Assembly (NCBI GenBank): GCA_043817235.1
Contig: JBDRHA010000011.1
Span: 107,467-171,466 of the forward strand
Length of the DNA stretch: 64,000 nt
Direction: 5' to 3'
Source of the DNA: Candidatus Shapirobacteria bacterium
GTDB lineage: Bacteria > Patescibacteriota > Microgenomatia > UBA12405 > BS750m-G30
Shown: piece after piece, positions 1-9,929 of the stretch
How positions within the stretch are numbered: position 1 is the first letter of the stretch
Layout of the letters: every line of letters starts with the position of its first letter
Translations under genes and position numbers: made by a program
The notes under the pieces: model-generated
What the model was told of the DNA's origin: nothing
What the model saw: only the letters and a program-made list of their open reading frames with translations
Database searches by the model: none

Positions 1-202
1 CTCCGGTATCCGCATCCAGCTTTACTTCATAGTCTGCCTCAAGATCAATATCCTCACCCTGCTCATTGGCGTCCTTTTTAAAAGCCGCTACTAAGGCAAG
101 CTTCACTGACTCAATTACAGCCTCCGGATCAATTTTTCGCTCTCCGGCTATCTGGGCGACAGCAGCGGCAAATTCAGTTTTCGGTAGCTTTCTTATAGCC
201 AT
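1..202 (-). CDS. nusA: Transcription termination factor NusA, N-terminal part (runs off the window)
   Basis: Manual translation from ATG at 202: MAIRKLPKTEFAAAVAQIAGERKIDPEAVIESVKLALVAAFKKD..., matching the NusA N-terminal pattern. Confidence 0.85.
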   Translation of the reverse strand, partial: MAIRKLPKTEFAAAVAQIAGERKIDPEAVIESVKLALVAAFKKDANEQGEDIDLEADYEVKLDADTG

Positions 203-220
203 TTTTTAGATAGATTATTC

Positions 221-250
221 AAAAAAAGGGCGACCACAAGCGCCCCTCTT
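221..250 (-). terminator. Intrinsic terminator/attenuator hairpin upstream of nusA
   Basis: Minus strand AAGAGGGGCG-cttgtggt-CGCCC-TTTTTTT; position resembles the rimP/nusA leader attenuator. Confidence 0.6.
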
Positions 251-310
251 TCTTTAATACGATAAGTCAATAATGGATTAATTTTAGCAACTTCAGCTTA
301 GATAGTCAAC

Positions 311-628
311 TTATAAGGAGCATTCAGAGTCCGCCCGGCAATAGCCCCGACGGCATTGAGGACAAGGGTCTTGACCTTGAGATATAAGATCATCACAGGC
401 ACATGTTCCGGCTTTGTGGTTATTCCATTGATTGGCTTCTAAATAGCACATTGTACAAGCCGGCCTAATGCAACAGCGATAATCACCAGCGGCTGCTGCT
501 TCTTCAATGGCTAGCTCTATTTGTCTATTTATAGAATCTGATTTTTCTTGCGAGGAATAACTAAGGCCAAAAAACAAAATAGAAAGAGTTAGCAAAACAA
601 AAGAAGAAACAATAATCTTTTTTTTCAT
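311..628 (-). CDS. Exported/membrane-anchored Cys-rich small protein
   Basis: N-terminal hydrophobic segment; 10 Cys in the C-terminal ~55 aa; overlaps the dsbA stop. Confidence 0.7.
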   Translation of the reverse strand: MKKKIIVSSFVLLTLSILFFGLSYSSQEKSDSINRQIELAIEEAAAAGDYRCCIRPACTMCYLEANQWNNHKAGTCACDDLISQGQDPCPQCRRGYCRADSECSL

Positions 629-1341
629 TCGCTTAAATAATTCTGAATTATTTGCTCAAAAACTGAATAGGGCTGAGCACCGTTTACGAAAGTGCCACTT
701 ACTTGACCGCTCTCATCTAGCCGACCAATAACAAAAGCCGGAGTACCGTAAATTCCAGCTTTAGCCGCATCAGTTTTATCTTTTTCTACCTCCACAGCAA
801 GATCTTTATTGTCTAAACAGTTGATTAATTTTTGGCCGTCGATTCCCAAACTCTTGGCCAAATTAATTAATTTATCTTCAGCCATTCCTTGCCCGTTGCC
901 GGCAGTATTTTGGTATAGTAGATCATGATAGAGAAAATAAACCTCGTCTCCGCTTTGCTCCTGAACACATTCGCCAGCGATGGCTTCTTTTAAAGCAGCC
1001 GGGTTATGAAAATCCAGAGGCAAGTCGCGAAAAACTAAAATTGCCTTACCCGTGTGAATATAATTCTCTTTAATTTGACCAAGAGTTTGCTCGTAAAAAC
1101 GCTTGCAGTAAGGACACTCATAGTCACTAAATTCTACGATTGCTACTTTCGCCCCGGATTTATCTCCCAAGACTGGGTCATCATCCAAAGAAACTGTCTT
1201 TTGGGGAGAAGCAACAGAAGTTGGTGAAGAGCTCGATATCTGTTCGTTCTTATTCGGCCTAGAAAAACCCTGTAAGCCAAAAAAAATAGCCAAAGAAATC
1301 ATTGCCCCTACCAAAAGAAAAGTTAAAATATTCTTGTTCAT
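625..1341 (-). CDS. DsbA/BdbD-family thiol-disulfide oxidoreductase
   Basis: EFSDYECPYC active site, GTP cis-Pro loop, GAQPY, N-terminal TM anchor. Confidence 0.9.
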   Translation of the reverse strand: MNKNILTFLLVGAMISLAIFFGLQGFSRPNKNEQISSSSPTSVASPQKTVSLDDDPVLGDKSGAKVAIVEFSDYECPYCKRFYEQTLGQIKENYIHTGKAILVFRDLPLDFHNPAALKEAIAGECVQEQSGDEVYFLYHDLLYQNTAGNGQGMAEDKLINLAKSLGIDGQKLINCLDNKDLAVEVEKDKTDAAKAGIYGTPAFVIGRLDESGQVSGTFVNGAQPYSVFEQIIQNYLSE

Positions 1342-1347
1342 CTTTTA

Positions 1348-1620
1348 TTAACGATTAAAAAGATTAGCAACCTGCAGTATCTCCTTCGTCATTTTTTGCT
1401 TTCTGACTTCGTTTTTAGATTGCATGGCTTCTTTGAAACAAGTATTAAGATGATTTCTCATTAACTGCTGATGAGCTGATCGCAAAAGGCCGATAACAGC
1501 TAAATTCTGCTGCATGAGATCAATGCAATATTGATCCTCTTCCATCATCTGAATAATCTTTGCAATATGACTTTTGGCTTTTTTAAAATTAGTTAACACT
1601 TTTTGATTATCGTTTTTCAT
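1348..1620 (-). CDS. CsoR/RcnR-family metal-sensing repressor
   Basis: MMEEDQYCIDLMQQ...HLNTC motif (Cys, His-x3-Cys), 90 aa. Confidence 0.9.
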   Translation of the reverse strand: MKNDNQKVLTNFKKAKSHIAKIIQMMEEDQYCIDLMQQNLAVIGLLRSAHQQLMRNHLNTCFKEAMQSKNEVRKQKMTKEILQVANLFNR

Positions 1621-1632
1621 TAGCTTTTTCTT

Positions 1633-1653
1633 ACCTGCACCTCAGGTCTAGGT
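1633..1653. promoter_or_regulatory. Putative CsoR-family operator
   Basis: Inverted repeat ACCT-gc-ACCT-c-AGGT-ct-AGGT between the promoter and the start codon. Confidence 0.5.
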
Positions 1654-1659
1654 CTCTAA

Positions 1660-1688
1660 AGAATACTAATTTATTAAATCTTTGTCAA
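1660..1688 (-). promoter_or_regulatory. Sigma70 promoter of the csoR-dsbA operon
   Basis: TTGACA-17 nt-TATTCT on the minus strand. Confidence 0.7.
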
Positions 1689-2058
1689 GGGGCAAAATAT
1701 AGTAACATCTGGGAAAAATCGATTCCGTCGCCGAAAAAGAAAAACAAAGAAGGGTTTCCATCATCATGTATAGTAGCTAAACTAGTCACATATTCTATAT
1801 TTTTGATCTCAATCCCCACTTCTTCTTTAACTTCTCTTTTTAAAACTTTTTCCAAAACGTTATACCAGTAAAACTCTGTCTCTTTAGGAAGATCAATATA
1901 ATCACTAATTTCTAGCTTTCCTCCGGGTACTGTCCATTTAACCAGGAAATCTTTTTTTTGAAGGAGCCCGCCGAGTAATTAAATATTTGCCATCTCTAAT
2001 CAATCACAATCGCTGTGATTACTACCTCATGCAATCGCTCATTATTAACCTTACTCAT
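1670..2058 (-). pseudogene. NUDIX hydrolase pseudogene
   Basis: MSKVNNERLHEVVITAIVI is broken by a 4-bp GATT duplication near 2000; the shifted frame continues RDGKYLITRR...WTVPGGKLE...LKREVKEEVG (Nudix box). Confidence 0.75.
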
Positions 2059-2193
2059 TTAAGAAGTCTACAAAAAAACAAGCCTGCAATTCTAATTTCT
2101 CTTTTTTGATAATTTTAATTGCCTTTTTCAAACACCAATGCTCCGGCCGACTTAATTTTTTTTAACATCTGCTGAATCTTCTTGCTTTTAATG

Positions 2194-2589
2194 CTACTTC
2201 TTTTTCGCTTTTTTGGACTTCTTAGGTTTTTCTGGTTTTTTGTTGTCTTCCAGCAAGCCTATGATCTTGGCAAGATTAGCATTAAGGGCCTCTATGTTTT
2301 GGGAAAGCTTGTTTATGCTTTGCTCATTTGGACCTCTTGGTAACGATGACCTATTTGAATCCCGGCCGCCAAAATCTCGCCTATAAGAGCCCCTGCGGTC
2401 AGGCTTTCGCTCGTCTCCTCCGCCTCTTTTTTCAAAACAGTCACTGCAGTAAATGGGCTTATCTCCACTAGGCCGAAAAGGCACTTGGCAATTTCTGCCG
2501 CATTCATCACAAACAGCATCATGCATTGCTGGCCTTCCTGAGTCTCTTCTGTTTCCTGATCTATTATTATCCCTAAAATTTCTCATCAA
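2194..2589 (-). CDS. CxxC-x17-CxxC domain protein
   Basis: AVCDECGRNCQVPFRPSGDKPIYCSDCF with R/G-rich flanks and a Lys-rich tail. Confidence 0.85.
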   Translation of the reverse strand: MMRNFRDNNRSGNRRDSGRPAMHDAVCDECGRNCQVPFRPSGDKPIYCSDCFEKRGGGDERKPDRRGSYRRDFGGRDSNRSSLPRGPNEQSINKLSQNIEALNANLAKIIGLLEDNKKPEKPKKSKKAKKK

Positions 2590-2724
2590 TATATCTTTCT
2601 ATTTGTATTTGTAAATTTGTAAATATAATATTCTAATAGACTGTAAGTATACGCGGTATAAGTTCCAATAGCAAGAGTAAATAGAGCATTGACTTTTTTT
2701 AGTCCAACAGCTATCATATTTTTA

Positions 2725-3279
2725 ATGAGCGAAGTTGGAGAAGCGCCTCCTCAAGAAACATTAAAAGACAGGATAGATGGAACTTGGGATAGAAGATACA
2801 GTTTTTATCATCTTTCTCCAGATTCTAGGCTCGCTTTCTTGCCGGGACGAAAAGAAGCCAAAGACAGAGAGGCAGCCGTCTATGCTAGCCAACGAGCAGC
2901 CAGAAAAATCTGGACGCTAAAAAGTACACTTCCAGAGGAGTCAAGAGACAGAAGAATAATAGAGCTTGCCGGGGATTATGGAAAGGAAACTTGGGGATTA
3001 CTCGGTTCCCCAAGCATGATTATAGCTTCAGGGAAACCAATGGCTGAAGACCTGGTAAGCCGGGGGTTTTATACTGACTCTGGCAAGGCTCTCCATGACC
3101 TTATTGACCCACATCTAGCCGAATTGTCTTTAATCGGAACAAGGCAATTACCGGAAAATTCTCTAAAAAGAAGAATCGCAATCGGAAAAAGAAGAGCCGA
3201 GCTTGTCGAAGCTTCCCGAAATCATGATTCCAGGGTTCAGGCTTGGCTTAAGGAAAAAATGAAAAAAAGAGTCCGCTGA
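2725..3279 (+). CDS. Hypothetical protein
   Basis: ORF; start moved to ATG 2725, 7 nt after TTGACT-17-TATCAT. Confidence 0.6.
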   Translation: MSEVGEAPPQETLKDRIDGTWDRRYSFYHLSPDSRLAFLPGRKEAKDREAAVYASQRAARKIWTLKSTLPEESRDRRIIELAGDYGKETWGLLGSPSMIIASGKPMAEDLVSRGFYTDSGKALHDLIDPHLAELSLIGTRQLPENSLKRRIAIGKRRAELVEASRNHDSRVQAWLKEKMKKRVR

Positions 3280-3327
3280 TAAAAAACACGAGAGACATCT
3301 TTTGCCCCATAATATTAAAACAAGACG

Positions 3328-3939
3328 ATGCAAATACAGACTTTTGTCTTAGGAGAACTGCAAACTAATTGCTACTTAGTTTTTGAGGAAACAGGCGAGG
3401 CGGCTGTGATTGATCCGGCAGATGAAGCAAATTTTATTTCCGAACAAATTTTAAAGCAAAATTTAAAACTTAAGCATATTATTGCCACCCATGGACATTT
3501 TGACCATATTTTAGCGGCCTGGGAATTAACTTTAGCTTTTGATCTGTCGTTATCACTTCATCCTAAAGATAAATTTATGGCTGATTATATGCAAAAATCA
3601 GCTCAATATTGGCTCAAAAGAAAAATAATTGAAAAGCCGCCGGAAAAAGTAAAAGATTTAAAAGAAAAATATATTCAATTCGGCCGGCAGAAATTAAAAG
3701 TTATTCTTACCCCCGGCCATACACCAGGAAGTATCTGTTTGTATTCCCCAAAAGAAAAAGTTCTTTTTACCGGCGATACTCTTTTTGCCGATGGAGTTGG
3801 CCGCACTGATTTGCCTTATGGTTCGGAAAAAAACCTATCTATTTCCTTAAAAAAATTAGCAAAGCTTCCTGAAAATACAAAAATTTACTCTGGGCATGGA
3901 CCGGCAGGCGCACTAAAAGACATCACACGCCGGGCGTGA
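3328..3939 (+). CDS. MBL-fold metallo-hydrolase (glyoxalase II-like)
   Basis: THGHFDH, TPGHTPGS, FTGDTLF, SGHG motifs. Confidence 0.9.
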   Translation: MQIQTFVLGELQTNCYLVFEETGEAAVIDPADEANFISEQILKQNLKLKHIIATHGHFDHILAAWELTLAFDLSLSLHPKDKFMADYMQKSAQYWLKRKIIEKPPEKVKDLKEKYIQFGRQKLKVILTPGHTPGSICLYSPKEKVLFTGDTLFADGVGRTDLPYGSEKNLSISLKKLAKLPENTKIYSGHGPAGALKDITRRA

Positions 3940-4060
3940 CCCAAGCCACACCTGGTGTGTGGCAATCTCTGTTTGGAATTGCTGGTTCCGCGCAGGATTG
4001 CCGCGTCAGTCGCTTCGCTTCCTTCCTCGCAATGACAATGTTAACAACTCGCGATGACAT
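3921..4060. repeat. REP-like palindromic element between convergent genes
   Basis: GGCAATCT...GGATTGCC inverted pair, GATTGCCGCGTC..CGCTTCGCT..CCTCGCAATGAC unit and a partial second copy CTCGCGATGAC. Confidence 0.55.
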
Positions 4061-4077
4061 TGATATCTCTAATAACT

Positions 4078-4908
4078 CTAAAAAGTCTTTTTTAGATTAT
4101 TAATTATTCTTCTTTGTTCAGCTGTTAATCTTTGGGGTATTTTAGCTTTAATCTGAACATATTCATCTCCCAAAGATCTAAATATTCCGCCGGTTTTTAG
4201 GCCCTGACCACGCAAGCGAATTAAACTTCCGGACTGAGTTCCTGGCCTAATTCTTAATTTTAGTAAACCGCTTATGGTGGGAACTTCCACCGCTCCTCCT
4301 AGCACCAAAGTTGGGTAATCAACTTCCTTGCTCACAATAATATTCTGCCCTTCCCTTTTGAAAACCGGATGAGGCTTGACCGAAATAATTAAATTAAAAT
4401 CCGAAAAACGAATTCTCTGGCCATTATCCACTCCAGGCGGAATTTTAATTTTGCGTCTTCTTCCTTCAATGCTCACCTGCTTTTCCACTCCTTTAATAGC
4501 TTCCATAAAATCTAACTCAACTTGATAAGTAGGCTGAGCCCTTTGGCCGGAAAAAGGAGAGTCCCCGCCAAAAAATTGTTCAAAAATATCAAAAGGATTG
4601 GAAAAATCAAACCCTTCCGGCGTTCCTCCTCCAGAAGTAGAGTAGGTATAAGTAAATGGGCCTTGGCGATAAGAATGAGCCCCCTCTTGAGAAGAAGGCA
4701 CTTCTCCGAACTGATCGTAAGTTTCTCTTTTTTTGGAATCAGACAAAATCTCGTAAGCAGCGTTGATTTCCTTAAATTTATCTTCTGCTTCTTTGGTTTT
4801 ATTGCGATCCGGATGCCATTTTAAAGCCAGCTTGCGATAAGCACTCTTGATTTCTCCCAAGCTTGCTTTTTTATCAACGCCCAAGACGTTGTAATAGTCC
4901 TTTTTCAT
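4078..4908 (-). CDS. dnaJ: DnaJ-class co-chaperone (CbpA-like, no zinc finger)
   Basis: J-domain with HPD, G/F region, C-terminal domain; lies downstream of dnaK. Confidence 0.88.
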   Translation of the reverse strand: MKKDYYNVLGVDKKASLGEIKSAYRKLALKWHPDRNKTKEAEDKFKEINAAYEILSDSKKRETYDQFGEVPSSQEGAHSYRQGPFTYTYSTSGGGTPEGFDFSNPFDIFEQFFGGDSPFSGQRAQPTYQVELDFMEAIKGVEKQVSIEGRRRKIKIPPGVDNGQRIRFSDFNLIISVKPHPVFKREGQNIIVSKEVDYPTLVLGGAVEVPTISGLLKLRIRPGTQSGSLIRLRGQGLKTGGIFRSLGDEYVQIKAKIPQRLTAEQRRIINNLKKTF

Positions 4909-4917
4909 CAAAAGGCT

Positions 4918-6825
4918 CTAGTTAACTATTTCTCCTTCTTCCGCTTCCTTTTTTTCTTCGCCGTTTTTTGGCTCTTCCTTCGGCGCTTCTTCGCTTGGCG
5001 CTTCTGCTTGAGACTCTGCGCTTTGGGCAGCTTGATGTGCTTTAGAACCAATAGCCTGCATCAAAGAAGACAATTCTTGACTTTTATTTTCATAGTCTTC
5101 TTTACTTGTTTCTTCGTTGGCTAAAAATTCTTTACTTTCTTTAACCGCTTTTTCCAAATTTTCTTTGTCTTTTTCTTCCAGCTTATTTTTCATATCAGAA
5201 AGCATTTTTTCCGCCGCAAAAACAGTATTATCTAAAGTATTTTTAGATTCTACCTTAGCTTTTTTCTCTTCATCTTCAGAAGCGTGCTTTTCCGCTTCCT
5301 CCTTCATTTTTTCCACTTCTTTCTCAGATAAATTAGTGGCATTTTTAATACTAATTTGCTGTTCTTTGCCGGTTGCCTTATCTTGAGCCGAAACATTTAA
5401 AATGCCATTACTGTCAATGTCAAAAGTAACCTCAATCTGCGGCATGCCGCGCGGAGCCGGAGGAATCCCGTCTAAAATAAACCGGCCCAACGACTTGTTG
5501 TCGGCCGCCATTGGCCGCTCTCCCTGAAGAACATTAATTTCTACCTGAGTCTGGTTGTCTGCCGCTGTAGAAAAAACTTGTGACTTTTTTGTTGGCACGG
5601 TAGTATTGCGGTCAATCAAAGAAGTGCGCACTCCCCCTAAAGTTTCAATTCCCAAAGTTAAAGGGGTAACATCCAAAAGCAAGACATCTCGCACTTCTCC
5701 TCCCAAAACTGCGCCCTGAATAGCTGCTCCCACCGCTACCACCTCATCCGGATTAACCGATTTATTGGGCTCTTTGCCAAAATATTCAGAAACCAGTTTT
5801 TGAATTTTGGGCATACGAGTCTGGCCACCGACCAAAATTACCTCATCAATATCACTTGGCTTTAGCTTGGCATCTTTTAAACAAGCCTCCACCGGCTTCA
5901 TTGTTCGCTCAGTCAGATCTTGGGTCATCTGTTCTAGCTTAGAGCGAGTTAACTTTTTCTCTAAGTGCAGGGCCTTATTGTCCCGCTGAACCAAGAAAGG
6001 CAAGTTAATTTCTGCTTCCTGAACGGAAGAAAGTTCAATTTTCGCTTTTTCGGCTGCTTCTCTGATTCTTTGCATCGCCTGAAGATCTTTAGATAGATTA
6101 ATGCCTTCGGCTTTTTTAAACTCTTCTACCAGCCATTCCACAATTTTTTGGTCAAAATCATCGCCTCCCAAGAAAGTGTCACCGTTGGTTGCCTTTACTT
6201 CAAAAACGCCGTCGCCAATTTCCAGTATAGAGATATCAAAAGTCCCACCGCCTAAATCATAAACAGCGATCGTCTCGTTTTTCTTTTTATCTAGGCCATA
6301 TGCCAAGGAAGCGGCCGTTGGCTCATTAATAATTCGCTTGACGTCCAAACCAGCAATTTCTCCGGCTTGCTTGGTCGCTTGGCGCTGAGAGTCATCAAAA
6401 TAAGCGGGAACAGTAATTACCGCTTCCTTAACTTCTTCGCCCAAAAAAGCCTCGGCATCTGCTTTTGCTTTTTGCAAAATTTTGGCTGATATTTCTTGAG
6501 GCGTATAGGTTTTATCGCCTACCTTAACTGCCGCCATGTTGTCCTTGCCTGAAACAACCTCGTAAGGAACCATTTCCTGTGTCTTTTGAACTTCCTTATC
6601 TTTGTAGCGGCGACCCATTAATCTTTTTATTGAATAAATCGTACTTTTGGGATTTAAGATCATCTGGCGCTTGGCCAAATCTCCTACCAAACCTTTTACC
6701 GGCTCCACTACCGAAGGAATTAAGTTTCCGCCCTCGGCCGTGGGAACAACCTTTGGCTTCCCCGCCTCCATAATGGCCACACAAGAATTAGTCGTTCCTA
6801 AATCAATACCGATTATTTTGCCCAT
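4918..6825 (-). CDS. dnaK: Chaperone DnaK
   Basis: [23 protein letters not shown] motifs. Confidence 0.98.
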   Translation of the reverse strand: MGKIIGIDLGTTNSCVAIMEAGKPKVVPTAEGGNLIPSVVEPVKGLVGDLAKRQMILNPKSTIYSIKRLMGRRYKDKEVQKTQEMVPYEVVSGKDNMAAVKVGDKTYTPQEISAKILQKAKADAEAFLGEEVKEAVITVPAYFDDSQRQATKQAGEIAGLDVKRIINEPTAASLAYGLDKKKNETIAVYDLGGGTFDISILEIGDGVFEVKATNGDTFLGGDDFDQKIVEWLVEEFKKAEGINLSKDLQAMQRIREAAEKAKIELSSVQEAEINLPFLVQRDNKALHLEKKLTRSKLEQMTQDLTERTMKPVEACLKDAKLKPSDIDEVILVGGQTRMPKIQKLVSEYFGKEPNKSVNPDEVVAVGAAIQGAVLGGEVRDVLLLDVTPLTLGIETLGGVRTSLIDRNTTVPTKKSQVFSTAADNQTQVEINVLQGERPMAADNKSLGRFILDGIPPAPRGMPQIEVTFDIDSNGILNVSAQDKATGKEQQISIKNATNLSEKEVEKMKEEAEKHASEDEEKKAKVESKNTLDNTVFAAEKMLSDMKNKLEEKDKENLEKAVKESKEFLANEETSKEDYENKSQELSSLMQAIGSKAHQAAQSAESQAEAPSEEAPKEEPKNGEEKKEAEEGEIVN

Positions 6826-7257
6826 TTATTTTTTCCCTCCTTGGCCTACCCGAACTTTGGCCGGCCTAACCACCCGGCCATCAAGGGTATAGCCTTTATT
6901 TAATGTTTTAACAACTAAATTTTGTTTTCCCTCTCCCATTTCTACACAATCCATAAGCTCCGGATCAAACATTTCTCCTTTGCTTTTAATTTCCTTAACC
7001 CCCTCACTTAGCAAAACTTCTTTAAACTGGTTTACGGCTATTGCAAGTCCTTTATCCTCAAGATGAGATTCAGCTCTTTCCAAATCATCCAAAACCCCCA
7101 AAAGCTTATCTATCAACCGCAAAGCCGAATTCTTTTTAAAATGGCTAATTTCTTTTTCTATCCGACATTCTAAATTGCGATAATCAGCCAAAGCTCTTTT
7201 TAGCTGCTCTTCTAAGCCAGTCACCCTGATTTTTAAATCTTTATTATTACTTTTCAT
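6826..7257 (-). CDS. grpE: Nucleotide exchange factor GrpE
   Basis: RALADYRN, FDPELMDCV, KGYTLDGRVVRPAKVRV; start set at MKSNN. Confidence 0.93.
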   Translation of the reverse strand: MKSNNKDLKIRVTGLEEQLKRALADYRNLECRIEKEISHFKKNSALRLIDKLLGVLDDLERAESHLEDKGLAIAVNQFKEVLLSEGVKEIKSKGEMFDPELMDCVEMGEGKQNLVVKTLNKGYTLDGRVVRPAKVRVGQGGKK

Positions 7258-7267
7258 TCTTTTAATT

Positions 7268-8002
7268 TTACCGAGCAATATGAGAAATAATATCCGCAAA
7301 ATAATTTACTAAAGGAACCACTTCAGAATAGCGCTGGCGGGCCGGGCCCATTACCCCAATTATTCCCTTATATGGTCCAGTTTCGTATTCTTGGAAAATA
7401 AAACCGCAGGGTTCGAGCAGAGCTTCGCCCAGGTCATGACCAATAAGCAATCTTGCCTCGCCTTCGTCAATCGGCGAAGAAACAATAGAATCCATAATTT
7501 TCAGCCAATAATCAGACCGGTCAATAAGTTCCAAAGCCATTCGGGTCACATCAATATCCATAAATTCCGGTTCATCAAGAAGGTGAGCCATACCGGAAAA
7601 ATACATGCCGCCCTGGGAAGTGGCGCTTAAAGCCATTTTTCGCGATCGTTTTGAAAGCTCTTTAGTAGCTTCTTTTAGCAAAGAATCAAAATCATGCTTT
7701 TTTTCTAACACTTTTTCTTTTACTCCCACTTCTTCGGAAACAGAAAGTTTTTTGGGAGTCATTAGTTCCCGCACGTAATACTTTAAAGCCATGGAAGTAG
7801 GCATTCTGCCCGAAGAGGCGTGAGGCTTGCTTAGGTAGCCAATCTGGGCCATCTTGGCCATTTCATTTCTTAAAGTAGCCGGGCAAACACCAAAATTATA
7901 TTTCTTTTCCAGGCTTTCCGAGCCAACTGGCTCGGCTGTATCAATAAATTCTTCTACAATCGCTTTCAAAATATTGATTTGTCTTGGTGTTAAATCGGCC
8001 AT
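7268..8002 (-). CDS. hrcA: Heat-inducible repressor HrcA
   Basis: LTPRQ..ILKAIVEEF..TAEPVGS, ATLRNEM, PHASSGRMP, IGVMGP. Confidence 0.93.
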   Translation of the reverse strand: MADLTPRQINILKAIVEEFIDTAEPVGSESLEKKYNFGVCPATLRNEMAKMAQIGYLSKPHASSGRMPTSMALKYYVRELMTPKKLSVSEEVGVKEKVLEKKHDFDSLLKEATKELSKRSRKMALSATSQGGMYFSGMAHLLDEPEFMDIDVTRMALELIDRSDYWLKIMDSIVSSPIDEGEARLLIGHDLGEALLEPCGFIFQEYETGPYKGIIGVMGPARQRYSEVVPLVNYFADIISHIAR

Positions 8003-8003
8003 A

Positions 8004-8030
8004 TTAGCAAAAGATTAACACGACTGCTAA
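8004..8030. promoter_or_regulatory. CIRCE operator (degenerate)
   Basis: TTAGCAGTC-N9-TTTTGCTAA on the minus strand versus consensus TTAGCACTC-N9-GAGTGCTAA; overlaps a TTGACA-17-TAATCT promoter. Confidence 0.85.
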
Positions 8031-8036
8031 TTGCTG

Positions 8037-8330
8037 TCAAGGGGTAATTTTCATTAAAGCCCAGAAAAAAGAAGCAAAAAGAATAAATAGGATAATGCTT
8101 AGCTGTTTATACCAAATAAAAAGCCCTAAAGTTAAGGTTAAAGAAAGCCATAAAGAAAGTTTAAATCTTCCCCAAATTCCAAAAAATAAGAAAAAGAAAA
8201 ACAAGAAAAAGAAAAGAAAGAAAATTAAAATTTGCCACCAAAAATCAGGAGATATTTTAACAATCCAAAACACTAAGGAAATTAAAGAAAGCAAAGATAA
8301 AAATGAAAAAAGAATTTTTCTTTTGATCAC
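8037..8330 (-). CDS. Small membrane protein
   Basis: 97 aa, very hydrophobic and Phe-rich. Confidence 0.6.
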   Translation of the reverse strand: MIKRKILFSFLSLLSLISLVFWIVKISPDFWWQILIFFLFFFLFFFFLFFGIWGRFKLSLWLSLTLTLGLFIWYKQLSIILFILFASFFWALMKITP

Positions 8331-8375
8331 TGTTATTATTTAAGAAGAAAAAAAGAAGAAAAGCAAACTGCTCAA

Positions 8376-8430
8376 GGGAACCGGGGGCTTGTTTGTCAAA
8401 AATCGACAAAAACAAAGCCGCCCGGCTCCC
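8376..8430 (-). repeat. 55-bp hairpin repeat, copy 1 (downstream of BMP-1)
   Basis: Identical to 9851-9905; GGGAGCCGGG...CCCGGTTCCC stem with a G-U pair on the minus strand. Confidence 0.9.
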
Positions 8431-8453
8431 CTTGCACCTAAAAATGCTACAGC

Positions 8454-9638
8454 CTATTGACTATAGCATTTCTCCCAGGAATCCATGGCCCACATGGCGT
8501 CATCTCCGCCGCATGGTTTCCAGCCGTCTATCAGCTTCTCTGCATAGACATCCGCCATCGAGCGGGCCGCGGGATCAGCGGCAGGTGAGAACGGCGCTAA
8601 AGTAATCGCGCCTTCTGCCAAGCCATGATTCCACCTGAACCCTACGAAACCTCCCTCCAGAGTTTTCCGGACGGCCCAGGTGTATATGTCCGACCAATCG
8701 ATCACCACGCTGGTGAGAATGTGGTCGTTGGGCGCCACGCGCTCGGCCCAGTTGGAATCGTAGCCGATCACCCAGACATCGGTGTCCACCAGCGCCGTAC
8801 CGGCAGCCGTGCTGTCCTGGTGCACTGCCACCACTCTCGCCCCCTCTTCTTTGAGCGCCAGCGCCCCGGCGGTCTCGTCGCCTAAGTTCTCCCAATTGTT
8901 GATATACACAGTGGAAATGCTGACCGGCAGCCCTCCCCCCTTCTCAGCCCAAGTGTCGGCGAAGCAGGCGGCGCACGCCCCGTGGTTGGAGGCTACCTGA
9001 GGATTCTCCGCATAGGCGCCCAGCATGCCAAGCTCAGGCTCATCCACAATAGCCGCCGCGGCAGCGCAGGCCGCACAGAATCCTTCCCACGATTTCGGGT
9101 ACATGGACACCAGGTTCGTGGCCACCGGCCCGCGGATGCAAGCGAAATTCACGTCGGGGTGGCTTGGCGCCACGTTTTCCTGCAGATCTTGGCACCAGTT
9201 CTCGGCGGTGACAAAGACCAGCCTGGCGCCTTTGGAAATCATGTCCTCAGCCACACGTGAAGCTTCTGTGGCGCTAAAATCCGTAGTCGCCGTCCAGGAA
9301 AGGGTGTTGACTACCACCTTACCTGTGCCATCCACAACTCTAAAGCCTTCCCCGTCCTCTTCCACCTGCATACCCTGGGATGGATCGTAGACAGCTTCCA
9401 AGGCCTGCCGCAGACCCTCCCGGTGCGCGGCCGACCAAGGGATCTGAACCGGCGAGATGTAGATCATTCCGATAGTAGTCAGATCCACAGTCTCTGCTGC
9501 ATCCGTAGGTTGCGACTGCGGCTGGGCGGTTAGCTGCACTGGCGGCGCTACTAGCGGAGCCGTGCACGCGCTGAAGACGCAGGACAGGGTGAACAAGAAA
9601 AACGTTGCGGCAAGGGCCACCAGGTGAACGCGTTTCAT
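8454..9638 (-). CDS. BMP-family (PnrA/TmpC-like) substrate-binding lipoprotein, divergent
   Basis: Lipobox-like FSAC, PWSAAHREG, VAVHQDS, VIGYDSN, LTSVVIDW; start at MKRVHL after AAGGAG; GC-rich. Confidence 0.8.
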   Translation of the reverse strand: MKRVHLVALAATFFLFTLSCVFSACTAPLVAPPVQLTAQPQSQPTDAAETVDLTTIGMIYISPVQIPWSAAHREGLRQALEAVYDPSQGMQVEEDGEGFRVVDGTGKVVVNTLSWTATTDFSATEASRVAEDMISKGARLVFVTAENWCQDLQENVAPSHPDVNFACIRGPVATNLVSMYPKSWEGFCAACAAAAAIVDEPELGMLGAYAENPQVASNHGACAACFADTWAEKGGGLPVSISTVYINNWENLGDETAGALALKEEGARVVAVHQDSTAAGTALVDTDVWVIGYDSNWAERVAPNDHILTSVVIDWSDIYTWAVRKTLEGGFVGFRWNHGLAEGAITLAPFSPAADPAARSMADVYAEKLIDGWKPCGGDDAMWAMDSWEKCYSQ

Positions 9639-9850
9639 CTTGTGTTCTCCTTTTCTTTTTTTTTGAGTACTCGGGACAACAACGCCGGCTTGCCAAGCCT
9701 TTAGGCAATTCCTCCTTTTAAGGTGCATAAAAAAAGAAAGGTTTTTTAGGGAAATCGCAATTGACTTCCCCTTGCCTTTCTTTTAATTCCTCTGTTTTTG
9801 AGAAACAAAAGAAATCCTATTATTATATACTAAGACTCATTTTACTTCTC

Positions 9851-9905
9851 GGGAACCGGGGGCTTGTTTGTCAAAAATCGACAAAAACAAAGCCGCCCGG
9901 CTCCC
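9851..9905 (-). repeat. 55-bp hairpin repeat, copy 2 (downstream of BMP-2)
   Basis: Identical to 8376-8430. Confidence 0.9.
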
Positions 9906-9929
9906 AAAAGCACCTTAATCTGAAGGCTA

